Assembly: GCF_006345805.1 (NCBI RefSeq)
Contig: NC_043011.1
Coordinates: 4,960,001-5,024,000 of the forward strand
DNA from: Octopus sinensis
Taxonomy: Eukaryota
DNA length: 64,000 bases
Direction of reading: 5' to 3'
Translations under genes and position numbers: made by a program
In this document: one piece after another, positions 40,700 through 55,330 of the stretch
Position numbering within the stretch: the first letter of the stretch is position 1
How the letters are laid out: the number at the start of each line of letters is the position of its first letter
Notes under the pieces: model-generated
Databases searched by the model: none
Told to the model about the DNA's origin: nothing
What the model saw: only the letters and a program-made list of their open reading frames with translations

Positions 40700-41330
40700 C
40701 TGTGAATACTGTAAAGCTTGTAAGACGTGCCATGGACAGCTGCAACGGGGAATACCAAGCCATGGCCAGGAAAGGACACAGCAAGCATCTGACTGCGTCC
40801 GCACACTGTAGTTTACCCAACAGCTTTAGGCCAAAATGATGGAAGACTCCGAGCAATGGAATCTGGGCTTTCGCAAGAGAGATGGGAGTTGTCGATACCA
40901 TGAAACCTTCGATACCAATCGTACAAGAGGTAGAAGGGAAAAATTCTGACAACCAAGACGAACCTCTGAAAAAGCTGAGGCATCTTGAGGAACGGGGAAC
41001 TATCTGATTCTTTTCAGATGAAAAGAACTTCTGCCAAGCCCAGTTGCACAACACCCAGAACAACATGTGGCTTTCGTACAATTCATGTGATGTCCCAGTT
41101 ACCCCAAACTGTGATGGTCTATGGGTACGTTTTCAATAAGGGTGATGTCGTGCAGCTCCACAAGGCCTTAGTCTCAATTCAGACTGTTAGAAACTACAGT
41201 AAACCCTCAATGGAGAGGGTTGTTGTTGGAAGGGGGCCTCAACACCTTGGCACACCTCCTGAAAGAGTTAGAAGTGGTTGTCGGAAATTTTCTACGATTT
41301 CAGCAGCACCATTTTATATAAATATTGTAT
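40700..41330 (+). mobile_element. maT/DD37D-like transposase relic
   Basis: FFSDEKNFCQAQLHNTQNNMWL and PQTVMVYGYVFNKGDV are homologous to the relics at 25.7 kb and 55 kb. Confidence 0.75.
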
Positions 41331-41364
41331 ATCGATCCATCCATGCATCCTTCCATCCATCCAT

Positions 41365-41455
<91 letters not shown>

Positions 41456-41462
41456 ATATATG

Positions 41463-42653
41463 TACAAGGAGGAGCCCAAAGTAACCGGAAACGTTCTCTA
41501 TGGCACAAGCCCGTTGAAGTTGAGGTTTCTGCTGCTAGAAGTCCCTTGGTGCAACCCTCAGGCATGAGTCTGCCGACCGTCATCGTATTGCCACGTGGTG
41601 CACCTTTGTTTTGCAGTGCTTCTCTCCTGTTCGTCGATTTTTGCGATGGCTGAATAGAAGAAACAGCATGCTTCCGTGAAATTCTGTTTTCTGCCGGGGT
41701 AAAACAATAGCCGAAACAGTTGTCATACTTCAAACAGATTACAAAGACGCTGCCGTGAGCAACACACAAATATACGAGTGGTTTGCACGCTTTAGGAATG
41801 GTCACTTGTCGCCTGAAGAACAACTGCGTTCAAGGCAACCCCACCTCAGCCCCCGTACGAATGAAAACATCACGAACAATTGATGAACTAATTGATATGA
41901 CTGGTTTGTCCTGGATCTCCTGTCAATGAATTGACAGTGAGGAATTGCGAATGAAAAGACTTGCAGCAAAATATGTGCCTCGTTCACTCACGGAAGACCA
42001 AAAGCAGTCTCGACTGAGTGCGCTTCGTGAACCAAAAGAACAGTTGAAAGTTGATCTGAACCGTTTTACGAAGGTCATCATTGGTGAAGAAAGCTGGTAC
42101 TGCAACTACGATCTGGAAACGAAGCAGCAGTCAAGTCATAATATCAAGACGATGCTGATTAGGTCCACACAGAATTTGCTCTTCCTGGTCAAACTGTTAA
42201 CCAGACATTTTACTTGGCAGCTCTGAAGCGTTTGCGAGAAACAGCGAGACGAAGACGCCGCGACCTGTGACAAAGTGAGAGTGGTAATTTCATCACGACA
42301 ATGCGCCCGCGCACATGGCCTTGGGGGTGTGAGACAGTTTTTGACTAAAAACGGCATTACTCCGCTTACCCACCCTCCCAATTCACCCGATTTTTTTCCC
42401 TGCGGCTTTTTTTGTTCCTCCAAATGAAAAACGGCCTTAAAGGAAAACGTTCTGCAGATGTAGAGGAAGTGAAGACAAAAAACGATGGAAGCTTTAAAAG
42501 GTATCACATCGCAAGTGTTCCGGGACTGCTTTGAACAGTGGCAAATGCGTCTGGACCGATGCAATGGTGAATGCTTTGAAGGCAATAAAAGTGTAAACAT
42601 GTAAAACTGAATAAATAAGAATATTTACGGTTTCTTTTGGGCACTCACTCGTA
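41463..42653 (+). mobile_element. Near-full-length decayed mariner element
   Basis: Degenerate TIRs (tacaaggaggagcccaaagtaaccggaaa vs reverse complement tacgagtgagtgcccaaaagaaaccgtaaa); transposase remnants SVKFCF, YEWFARFRNG, KYVPRSLT, HHDNAPAH, HPPNSPD; frameshifts. Confidence 0.9.
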
Positions 42654-42661
42654 TATATATT

Positions 42662-42744
<83 letters not shown>

Positions 42745-44337
42745 TTGGCCGATAGCATGATACCAAAAGTGTTCTTTCGCTCTTGTCTACTTTGTCTCTG
42801 TTTGATTGTCTGACTTTCCCTGCTGAAAGGTTCCTGGCTTTGCGTAAAGGAAAATACTGGAGCATCTGATAATTATGATTTTATTCAACGTATATCAGAT
42901 TCCCACACTTATTGCAGCGGTCCTTCATGTTTTCTAAGCCATGTAAAAGAACTCGAGAAGTTGGGCCTCCAACTATGTCTTTCGCGAAACCCTTAAAGCC
43001 AGGAACTTTTCAGCACCCCTTGTATATATACTTGGTAAAATTAATAATTATTAATTAATTAACTAATTAATTTTACCCTTTATTACACACACACACACGT
43101 CTAAGCTCCTACACATACAAATTCTATCACCTGTCCTACTAGTCATCTATGCGTCAACCAACCTATCCAGGATAGATACATGATGACATCATATGTACGC
43201 ACATCAATACTTACACATAAACATATGTATAAAGCGTTAGTAGACAACTTCTGATCCTACGATTAGAAATAGTGATGCTATCGCCTTAAAAAGAATATAG
43301 ATTTATTCGGCAAACTAATAACTGCACCCGCACAGCAGCTTTAGAAATTAAAGCTCATCTGATTCTAAGATGGTAAATCTTAATACAAGTATTTCTTAGA
43401 GATCAAAAATTAAAGATCAAAAGTTATTTTCTTTGAAGGCAACATTGCTACATCGGAAAAAAAAAGGAAAAAAAGCGATACGTAGGTTCTGATCTCAACT
43501 TAGGAGACATTTTAAAGACAGGTTGTCTACATTGTATGGAATTTTGAAATACATTAATAAATAAAGAATTTTCGAAACAAAGAAAGAATGTTCCCTCCTT
43601 GACATTTTGGCACCGCTAAAATGGTGGAGTCATTTACAGACAATATTTTAAATGTTTCAGAGTCTTACTGATCCGCCCATGTACGTGCGTGTCTCTACCC
43701 ACACATTCATACATACATACATACATACATTCATACATACATACATACATACATACATACATACATACATACATACATACATGCTTGCATGCATATATAC
43801 ATATACATTACATACATATATATACATACATACGTATAAATATATATATATATATATTTATATATGAGGATAATATCGATATTTAAGTGTCGAAATTATT
43901 AAGTGGCCAGCATGAAAGAAATACCTTACAAAGGTAAAAAAAATTTTAACAATTAAAAATGAGGGTGTCTAAAAGACACCAACATGCCGAAATAGCAGTC
44001 GAAACTCTGACTATAAAACCACGTTAAATGTTCACATCGCAACATGAGGTAAAGCGGAGGGGCAAAACATACAAGCAAAAATTATTGAATAATTCAAGAT
44101 CCAAGGATTTTTGGTTCTGCTTTAGATAAGCTTTACCGTCATCAATTGAATATATCAAGGGTACATAAATACAGATATATATATGCACAGCAAACATATA
44201 TATATATAGATCAATAAATGGTGGGGTTGTGTTGACCGCACGTGGAGAAATGATAAGCAAGGAAAAATTGTAAAAATGCAGAATGCTAGATTGAAAGAAA
44301 ATTTTAATGAAATGAGAAATTGAAAAAATATATGAAT

Positions 44338-44399
44338 ATATATTTATTCAAACCGGTTTTCGTCATAGTGTGACTTATCAAGAATAGTTATGTAACAAA

Positions 44400-44436
<37 letters not shown>

Positions 44437-44502
44437 AACTTTTGTTACGTAACTATTCTTGATAAGTCACACTATGACGAAAACCGGTTTGAATAAATAT
44501 AT
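44338..44502. repeat. Near-perfect palindrome with (AT)n centre
   Basis: About 65-bp unique arms with one mismatch (gttatgtaac vs gttacgtaac) around a TA tract. Confidence 0.95.
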
Positions 44503-44520
44503 ATAAATATATATATATAT

Positions 44521-44579
<59 letters not shown>

Positions 44580-45146
44580 GGAGGCGCAATGGCCTAGTGG
44601 TTAGGGCGTTGTGAGTGTTTAATGAGCGAAAACACCTAAAAGCTCCACGACGCTCCGGCAGGGGGTGGTGATCCTTGCTGTACTCTTTCAACACTCTTTC
44701 TCCCACTCTTTATTTTGTTGGCCTGCTCGCTTAGCCAGCGGGGTGGCGTCATTCAAAAGCTAAAACAATGCGAACGCATTGTGACCAGCGATGTGTAACA
44801 ACATCTGATGGTCTGGTCGGTCACGCGATATATATATATATAGTGAATCCCAACAAAGAACAAGCAAGAAAATACAGGAAAGGAAAGGAAAGATGATTTT
44901 ACGTTTCGAACAAAGCTCTTCTGCAGAAATAGAAGAAAGTCTAAAAGAAGGGAAGACGGAGGAAGAAAATCGCCAACGATACGCACGTGAACATGCCGGA
45001 TAAAATTCTCAGCGTCCGTATTTAAGTTCTAAGCCCAAGTTCCGCCGAGTCCGACTTTGCCTTATGGTCGATAAAATAAGTATCAGCCAAGGACTACGGC
45101 TGATATAATCGACTTCCCCTTCCCCTCAAAATCTGCTAGCCTGGTG

Positions 45147-46002
45147 GGATCTTTACCTTTTGACTGATAGATTTTAAAAAATAACTTTTTGTAACTAAAC
45201 ACTTTCAAACTTCGAACACTGGTAGAATGTGTCATATAAAATATCTTTTACTCTTGGAAATTTTGAGAAAAGCTTATATTTAGGAGGTTATTTCACGTTA
45301 AAGTTGTCCTATTTCGGTAATTTCAACCAATCAATGACGTGTATTCAGCTGAATAAAATTACTGCCGTTGTTTGTCAACATCAACTATCGGTGGTGTATT
45401 TTTCATTTGTCACTGTTATTTATGACATCGTTCGTGCGTTTGTACTGGTTTTGGCTTTAAGGTTTTAGTGTTAGTGTTAGGGTTTTAGGGTTAGGGTTTA
45501 AGGTTAGGGTTTTAGGTTTAGGTTTAGGGTTAAGGTTTCAGGGCTAGGATTTCGGTTTTAGGGTTAGGGTTAGGGTTTTAGAGTTAGGGTTTTAAGGTTA
45601 GGGTTTTAGGGTTAGGTTGGGGGTTAAGGTTTTAGGGTTAGGGTTTCAGCTTTAGGGTTAGGGTTAGGGTTTAGGTTTTAGGGTTAGGGTTAGGGTTTAG
45701 GTTTTAGGGTTAGGGTTAGGGTTGTCATAAATAACAGTGACAAACGAAATATACACCACCGGAATTTCTTGTTGACAAACAACAGCAGTAATTTTATTCA
45801 GCTGAATACACGTCGTTGATTGGTTGAAATTACCTAAATACTACAACTTTAACGTGAAATAACTTCCTAAACATAAGATTTTCTCAAAAACGCTAAGAGT
45901 AAAAGATGTTTTATATGACACATTCAACCAGTGTCCGAACTTTGAAAGTGTTTAACTACAAAAAATTATTTTAAAAATCTATCGGTCAAAAGGTAAAGAT
46001 CC
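45147..46002. mobile_element. Foldback DNA element with ~280-bp inverted arms and a TTAGGG-rich core
   Basis: Arms 45147-~45428 and ~45724-46002 are inverted copies; termini GGATC/GATCC; flanks gcctggtg / acctggtg (8 bp, one mismatch); spacer of TTAGGG/TTTTAGGG variants. Confidence 0.9.
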
Positions 46003-46229
46003 ACCTGGTGCCAACATTTGAAACAAATATACAAGAACAAACTGAAAAATTGATACAAATGAATGCGAAATATTTTTCACACCTACAACAATAGTGCCTA
46101 CCTTTCTACATATGGCCGTGTACGTAGGTTTCGCAATCACGTTATTAGTCTAAGTAAAGTAATATCTTGATATGTTAGAGCAGATATGCTGATAACACAG
46201 CAATTGATTTCATTTGTATTACAGATTCA

Positions 46230-46305
46230 TAGTATGGTAATACTATTAAGTAATAATAGTATGGTAATACTATTAAGTAATAATAGTCTGGTAATACTAA
46301 TAAGT
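46230..46305. repeat. 27-bp minisatellite, about 2.8 copies
   Basis: Unit tagtatggtaatactattaagtaataa. Confidence 0.85.
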
Positions 46306-46678
46306 CAGGTGAGCTAATCTTTTCTTATTCTGTATCTGTTCACTCCAGGATGGTTGCGATGAATTTCCATAGATAAAAAGTGTTGGTTGCTTACAGTATT
46401 TGTTGCTTGAATGAGAAGAGAAGGTGAAAGGGAGAGAAATGGGAAGGAGAGAGGGAAGCGGTGATAGAAGATGAGGGAGAAGGAGAGTGGAAAAGATTAA
46501 GAAAGAAAGGGGAGGAGGGAGAGAGGAAGAAAGGGGAGGAAAGAGAGGAAGAGAGAGGGACAAGAGAGGGAAGGAGAGAGATAGAAATAGAGAAAGATGG
46601 GGAGAGAGTGTATGTGTGCGTGTGTGCTTGCATGCGCGAGCGACGTGTATGTGTGGGTATGTGTGTGTGTGTATATGT

Positions 46679-46741
<63 letters not shown>

Positions 46742-46910
46742 CGGCGTATGGTTTCTGAAAGCCATTTTTCTACGGTGTATTTGTAATGAAAATAGGATTT
46801 TGTTTCTTATAAATTAGTGAAAGGAGAAGGATTATCATCCACGAGAATTCATTACAGGCCCACCCACAACTGTTATGTTTGATATTGCTGATGTAGATAG
46901 ATGCGTGCTG

Positions 46911-47176
<266 letters not shown>

Positions 47177-47850
47177 ACAAGTAACTGCAGAATATGTGGA
47201 GATGGACAAGAAACAATAAATCATATTATCTCTAGCTGCCCAGTCCTGGCTAAGAAGGAATATATTCACAGACATGACAGAGTTGGAACCTACATACATT
47301 GGAAGCTATGCCAACATTATGGAATAACAACAGAAAAAAGATGGTATAGGCACACACCAGAAAAGGACACAGAAAACGAGAAAGCAACCATACTCTGGGA
47401 TATGCCGATACACACAGATAGAGAATTTTAAGGCCAACAGACCAGATATAGTTGTCAGAGATCATGAAGAAAAAAAATGCTTTCTAATTGATGTATCAAT
47501 ACCGGCAGATGACAACGTGTCTCTAAAAGAAATGGAGAAACTCTCAAAATACAAAGACCTGGAAATAGAGGTAACCAGAATGTGGAACCTGAAAACAGAA
47601 ACAATTCCTATCATAGTAGGTGCATTAGGCATGATAAAAAAATATTCAGACAAATACATAACCAAAACACCAGGACTTACAAACACATATAACATACAGA
47701 AAATTGCACTACTAGGCACTGCACACATCCTACGCAGAACACTTTCCATACAATAACCATCAGAGCATCACAACAAATCACAGCACATACCCAAGGCACA
47801 CAGAGCTGCGCTCGGTAGTGAAATGAAAGCACGCTATAAAAATAAAACTA

Positions 47851-47853
<3 letters not shown>
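47177..47853 (+). mobile_element. 5'-truncated R4/Dong-clade non-LTR retrotransposon (CCHC knuckle + restriction-like endonuclease + 3' UTR)
   Basis: CRICGDGQETINHIISSC, RHDRV, ILWDMPIHTDRE, KANRPDIVV, LIDVSIP, EKLSKYKDL, PIIVGALG, QKIALLGTAHILR*. One frameshift in a T run near 47428; flanked by (AAT)n on both sides. Confidence 0.92.
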
Positions 47854-50108
<2,255 letters not shown>

Positions 50109-50712
50109 ACATGTGCGGGAAATGTATGAGCCAGAGGGTGTTGCGTATTTCTGAGCAAATATGTGCCAATCCAACAAATGATCGTGTTTTGAATGCGGTT
50201 TCGTATGTTTGTGGCAACAACGACGTTCCAGACGTGTGAGTCGTACTCCGAACAACTATGTCAGCGACTAATCGGGCTTCAAGTGTTTTATGCCCCTAAA
50301 GAAGAATTCCAATTCTGTGAGGCAGTTTTCAGGATGCCATGGGAAGATTATCAGAGAATGTAAATCCAGATTTTTTCGGCGACTTTGAATACTTTAGTGT
50401 GCGTTAATCTAATTCTATGAAGAAAGTATGCCAATTTTTAGCAATTTTCAGGAATTTTCGTATCCGATAACGGGTTTTTTTTTGGCAAAGACAAAAATAA
50501 AAATGATAAATTTGAAGGAAGTCTTTCCAATAGTGTATATGTGTATGTATGTAGACAGGTAAAAATTCTCAACAAAACACACTTTAAGCTAGTTCAGTCG
50601 AGCTTTGTGCCAGTGTTTTACGAAAAAACAACAAAAAAAAACTCTTTCGCGCCCAAACTAATTTTTGTGTGGGTGGGGCGGGGGAACGCAGATGAGCGAT
50701 GTCTCGTTCTCT

Positions 50713-50759
<47 letters not shown>

Positions 50760-50761
<2 letters not shown>

Positions 50762-51178
50762 TCTTTTACTCTTTTACTCTTTTACTTGTTTCAGTCATTT
50801 GACTGCGGCCATGCTGGAGCACCGCCTTTAATCGAGCATCTCGACCCCCAGGACTTATTCTTTAGTAAGCCCAGTACTTATTCTATCGGTCTCTTTTGCC
50901 GAACCGCTAAGTAACGGGGACATAAACACACCAGCATCGGTTGTCAAGCAATGCTAGGGGTACAAACACAGACACACGAACACACACACACATATATATA
51001 TATACACATATATACGACGGGCTTCTTTCAGTTTCCGTCTACCAAATCCACTCACAAGGCTTTGGTCGGCCCGAGGCTATAGTAGAAGACACTTGCCCAA
51101 GGTGCCACGCAGTGGGACTGAACCCGGAACCATGTGGTTGGTAAACAAGCTACTTACCACACAGCCACTCCTGCGCCT
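50760..51178 (-). mobile_element. SINE family A copy
   Basis: Reverse complement of 7749-8159. Confidence 0.9.
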
Positions 51179-51594
51179 ATATATATACATACATATATAT
51201 ATATATACATATATATATGTGTGTGTATGTATATAGTAATGAATCATTTCTTAAAAATATACGATATAGTTTATAAATTTAGGATGTTTTTGAAAGATAA
51301 TATATTTTATCATCAGAATATATATACTTTCTCTCACAACAATTAAGATACATTTATTTTAAATCATTCATTTTTTCACACACCCACGCCCCGCCTCATT
51401 CAAAAATTAGTTAGGGCGCGGAAGATTTTTGTTTTTGTTTTTGCTTAAAACGCTGGTTATGAAGCTGTAAAACTTTGAGTGAGAGAGAGAGAGAGGAAGA
51501 GAAAGAGAAAGAGAGGAAAGAGAGAGTGTTGAGAGAGATCAGAAACATAAAAATAAGAACGCAACATTTGCTGACCTATCGTTTAATTGAAAGG

Positions 51595-52460
51595 ATGTCC
51601 TGCGCCACTTGTGAATACAAATATTATATTTGCATCCGTAACTTTGTTGAGGAAGACGGAAAAGTTACAGAATTCCTTCGGAATCATGGTGTCCTTTCCA
51701 CTTCTGTGACATGTCCTCGATGTGGAAACGAATGCGTGTACAGGGAGGGCCAACATGTCTGGCGATGTAGAAAAAGTTACACTGTCGCCAAATCGAAAAA
51801 GCGGCGTCAGTGTGGCTATTCTATATCGGACTTTCAGGGTCTTTTCTTCCATAATGCACGCATTCCTCCTCCATGGACACTCATTCTCGTTGTGAATGAA
51901 TTTCTGCATGCTTCATGGATGCATTACACAGTCATGGAAAACCAGGAATTGGATTCAACAACTAGTGTGGACTGGAGATCGTTTTGTTCCCAAGTCACGG
52001 AAAAGTGGTTTCAATCTCAGGAACCGATCGGCGGCGAATCAATCGAAGTCGAAATTGAGGAGACTTTGATTGTTCGTCGAAAGTACAAGAGGGGTCGAAT
52101 TCTGAGCAAAGTTTGGTTGTTCAGTGGAATAGAGCGAACCAGTAAGCGTCGTTTTGTTGTGCCTCTTATTTATAAGAAGCGTGACAAAGCGACACTGGTT
52201 CCTTTGATCCAAAAACATATCAAACCGGGCTCAATTATTTTCAGCGATTCTTGGACTGCCTTCAAAGATCTAAGCAGTTTGGGTTACCACTATTACGTGA
52301 TAAACCATTCTAAAAACTTTGTACATCCGACACACACACACACACATACACACACAAAACATTGAACATTTGTGGAGGGATGAAAAAGAATGAATTCGGC
52401 AACCAGGCATCCGGTCGAAATATTTAAATCAATATCTGTCTAGATATTTATTTATCTCCT
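51595..52460 (+). pseudogene. Merlin (IS1595/ISXO2-like DDE) transposase pseudogene
   Basis: Zn-ribbon CPRCG...WRC; IGGESIEVEIEET (D->E at 52057); RKYKRGR; WLFSGIER; TLVPLIQKHIKPGSIIFSDSW; NHSKNFVHP; then HTQNIEHLW out of frame after a CA run, and a later stop. Confidence 0.9.
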
Positions 52461-52574
52461 CTGAGAGAAATAAATTTTTGTTACTCCACAAATTTTTTCG
52501 ACAGGCAGCCCAATTATATGTCCCCCTCACAGACCAGTCACACTTCTCGACTGCTTAATCACAATTCCAGGGGT

Positions 52575-52708
52575 GCTAATACAGATTTGCACCTCTCCTA
52601 GAAAAATGCATTTTTCTGAAAACGTTTATTTGGATTCCTAGGTTTTATATGTCAGAATAAACTTTTTCAGAAAAATGCATTTCTGAAGAGGTGTGAATCT
52701 GCATTAGC
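52575..52708. repeat. Imperfect ~55-bp-arm hairpin 3' of the Merlin ORF
   Basis: gctaatacagatttgcacctct...gaaaacgtttatt vs reverse complement gctaatgcagattcacacctct...gaaaaagtttatt; loop about 25 nt. Confidence 0.85.
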
Positions 52709-52812
52709 CCCATCCTTAAAATCTTTTACTGGATGCATCAAATAGCTTTTCTGTCATCCTCAAAAACTTCATGGATGCGAAAACGAAAGCTGACATATAT
52801 AACAACAGGTAT

Positions 52813-53216
52813 ACTCTTTACTCTTTTACTTGTTTCAGTCATTTGACTGCGGCCATGCTGGATCACCGCCTTCAGTCGAGCAAATCGACCCCGGGACTTA
52901 TTCTTTGTAAGCCCAGTACTTATTCTATCGGTCTCTTTTGCCGAGCCGCTAAGTGACGGGGACGTAAACATACCAGCATCGGTTGTCAAGCAATGCTAGG
53001 GGGACAAACACAGACATACAAACACATACACACACACATATATACATATATACGACAGGCTTCTTTCAGTTTCCGTCTACCAAATCCACTCACAAGGCAT
53101 TGGCCGGCCTGGGGCTATAGCAGAAGACACTTGCCCAAGATGCCATGCAGTGGGATTGAACCCAGAACCATGTGGTTGGTTAGCAAGCTACTTACCACAG
53201 AGCCACTCCTGCGCCT
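52813..53216 (-). mobile_element. SINE family A copy
   Basis: Reverse complement of 7749-8159. Confidence 0.9.
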
Positions 53217-53769
53217 GTGTAGTAATAATGTACTTCTGTACTTTCTGTTTATTCGTATAAGTCATTGAAATTGTTGTGCGCGCACACACAGACACAAATG
53301 TTCTCCAGGCATTTGGCTGTTATTTTTAGGATATCGACATTTACAGTTTCAGTCAGTTTGGAGTTTTTCATAGAAAATTTGAGATTAAAGAAAAAATTTT
53401 CATATTCTTAATCTCTGTATTTTCCCACGTACATTGAAAAATAGATTTAATTTTGTAAGAGTTTAGCGGTACATATGCAACTTCTCTTCCTCTCTCCCTC
53501 AAGCAAAGATATGTTTATTTTAAATCGCTTCTCTAGAGAAGCAACATTCTCTCCCAACACCACTACCACTCACAAAAATTAGTTTTGCGCGCGAAAGATT
53601 TTTGTTTTGTTTTTTCGTAAAACGTTGGTCTAGCATAAAAGTGTGTTTTGCTGACAATTAATCCATATTTTTGACAGCAAGAGGTAAGTAGCAGTTTGTC
53701 TGAATTTTTACCTGTCTTCATACACGCTATTATATATATGTATATATATACACGAAATATACACAATAT

Positions 53770-53849
<80 letters not shown>

Positions 53850-54060
53850 TTAATAACGAACCATGTAATTCACACCCAGGAAATTTTATTTCTATAAAAT
53901 GTTGGAAGTGGGTGAAACTTCCGAGGCATCCACCTCACCCCAGTCCATTTTTCGAACTGCAAAAAGGGGTTTCTAGCATATTAGGATGGGTAATCTCAGC
54001 ATGTCACAGGAATTCATTCAACGAAAAAGAAAAAGAAATTCCAATTCACCACCCACTTTT

Positions 54061-54400
54061 CCGAACCAAAATAAGGGATTTGCTGCATATTAGGGTAAGG
54101 GGGTCAGGGTACTTGATTCCACGCAAAAAATCCGAATTTTTTTTAACTTAGTGAAAATTCCGGGGGTGGGGGTCCTTGCTCCCCCACCCTCCGAACAAAA
54201 ATATGCGATTTGCAGCATATTAGGAAGTCGGTGTACTTGATTCCACGCAAAAAATCCGAATTTTTTTTTCCTTAGTGAAAATTCCGGGATGGGGTACCCT
54301 CTCGCCTCTACCTTCCGAACCAAAATATGGGATTTGCAGCACATTATAGATCAGGGTACTTGATTCCACGCAAAAAATACGATTTTTTTTTTGTGGAAAT
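54061..54400. repeat. Tandem repeat, ~125-bp unit, about 3 copies
   Basis: Units start ccgaac(c/a)aaaata at about 54061, 54191 and 54315; each contains gtacttgattccacgcaaaaaat. Confidence 0.9.
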
Positions 54401-54719
54401 CGTGCGGGTCTTAGTCTGAAAATTTATCGAAGCTTGTAGGGTTCTGGTTGGAACATCTTTAATTATCGGTTCATTAGGGAATGGTTTATCTAGAGAAAAA
54501 TAACGAGGTTGATGCGATGATGTGATCGGCAAAAAACGTCATCAATATACGACTGGCAATTATTAATATATTTGCGTATATTCCCACAAAAGGCGTGGCC
54601 TAATGGCTAGGGTCTTGCACTTACAATTGTAATATCGTGGTTTCGGTTCCCAGACAATTTGCATAAAAGGAAAAGAAAGCACTATATCCCATCCAAAAAT
54701 AAAAGTGTTTTGAAAAATC

Positions 54720-55330
54720 AAAATATATCAACTAGATTATGGTCGGAAGACAACAGTTTACTAAAAGTTGCTGCACACAACTTTTCCCACAGCCTCAAGA
54801 TGGCTCTGGAACCTGGTGCATGCGTTCTTCAATGTGTCCCTGGGAAGATCTCCGAATATCTCCATCTTGGCTACCTGCTCGATCTTGGTGTTGCAATCAG
54901 AGCAATTGGTGTCTTTCTCAACTGCATCCCACACATAGCAATCCATGGGATTACAACCAGAGGGATTAAGAGGTCAGAAATTGGGGCTGGCAAAGTCGTA
55001 GAAATTCTCTGACAGCCACTTCTGACTCTTTCCGGTGGGATGACAAAGAGCCGAATCCTACTGCCACACATATGGTCTTCCAGCAGCAACCCTCTCCAGT
55101 CAGTGTTTGACCAGTCTCCAGCAGCTTCACAAAGCTGTCTGAGTTGAACCTAATGCCCTTTTCAAAGATGTAGGACGGCATGGTCTCACCCTCACTGGAG
55201 ACACACCCAAAGACCATCGGATTTTATGATCTCCATGTCATGTCGTGCAGCCTTTACAGGGTCCATAGAAAACTGAGCTGCAGTCATGATATTCGTATGT
55301 TGATACTCGGCATGAAGCATCATGATACAT
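54720..55330 (-). mobile_element. maT/DD37D-like transposase relic
   Basis: MVFGCVSSEGETMPSYIF and MDCYVWDAVEKDTN...LKNACTRFQSHLEAV align with the 25.7 kb relic. Confidence 0.85.

Larger units (their letters stand above)
50550..53720 (+). mobile_element. Candidate Merlin DNA transposon bracketed by ~150-bp inverted repeats, with two SINE insertions
   Basis: agacaggtaaaaattc...tctttcgcgcccaaactaattttt at about 50553-50675 is inverted relative to aaaaattagttttgcgcgcgaaaga...gaatttttacctgtct at about 53575-53717. A third copy lies at about 51375-51480. No clean TSD. Confidence 0.55.

Noticed and set aside
45430-45724. True telomere or chromosome-fusion scar
   Set aside because: Repeats are single-orientation, degenerate and enclosed by transposon-like inverted arms with a TSD.
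53950-54400. CRISPR-like array
   Set aside because: Eukaryotic context; units are homologous along their whole length with no unique spacers and no cas genes.
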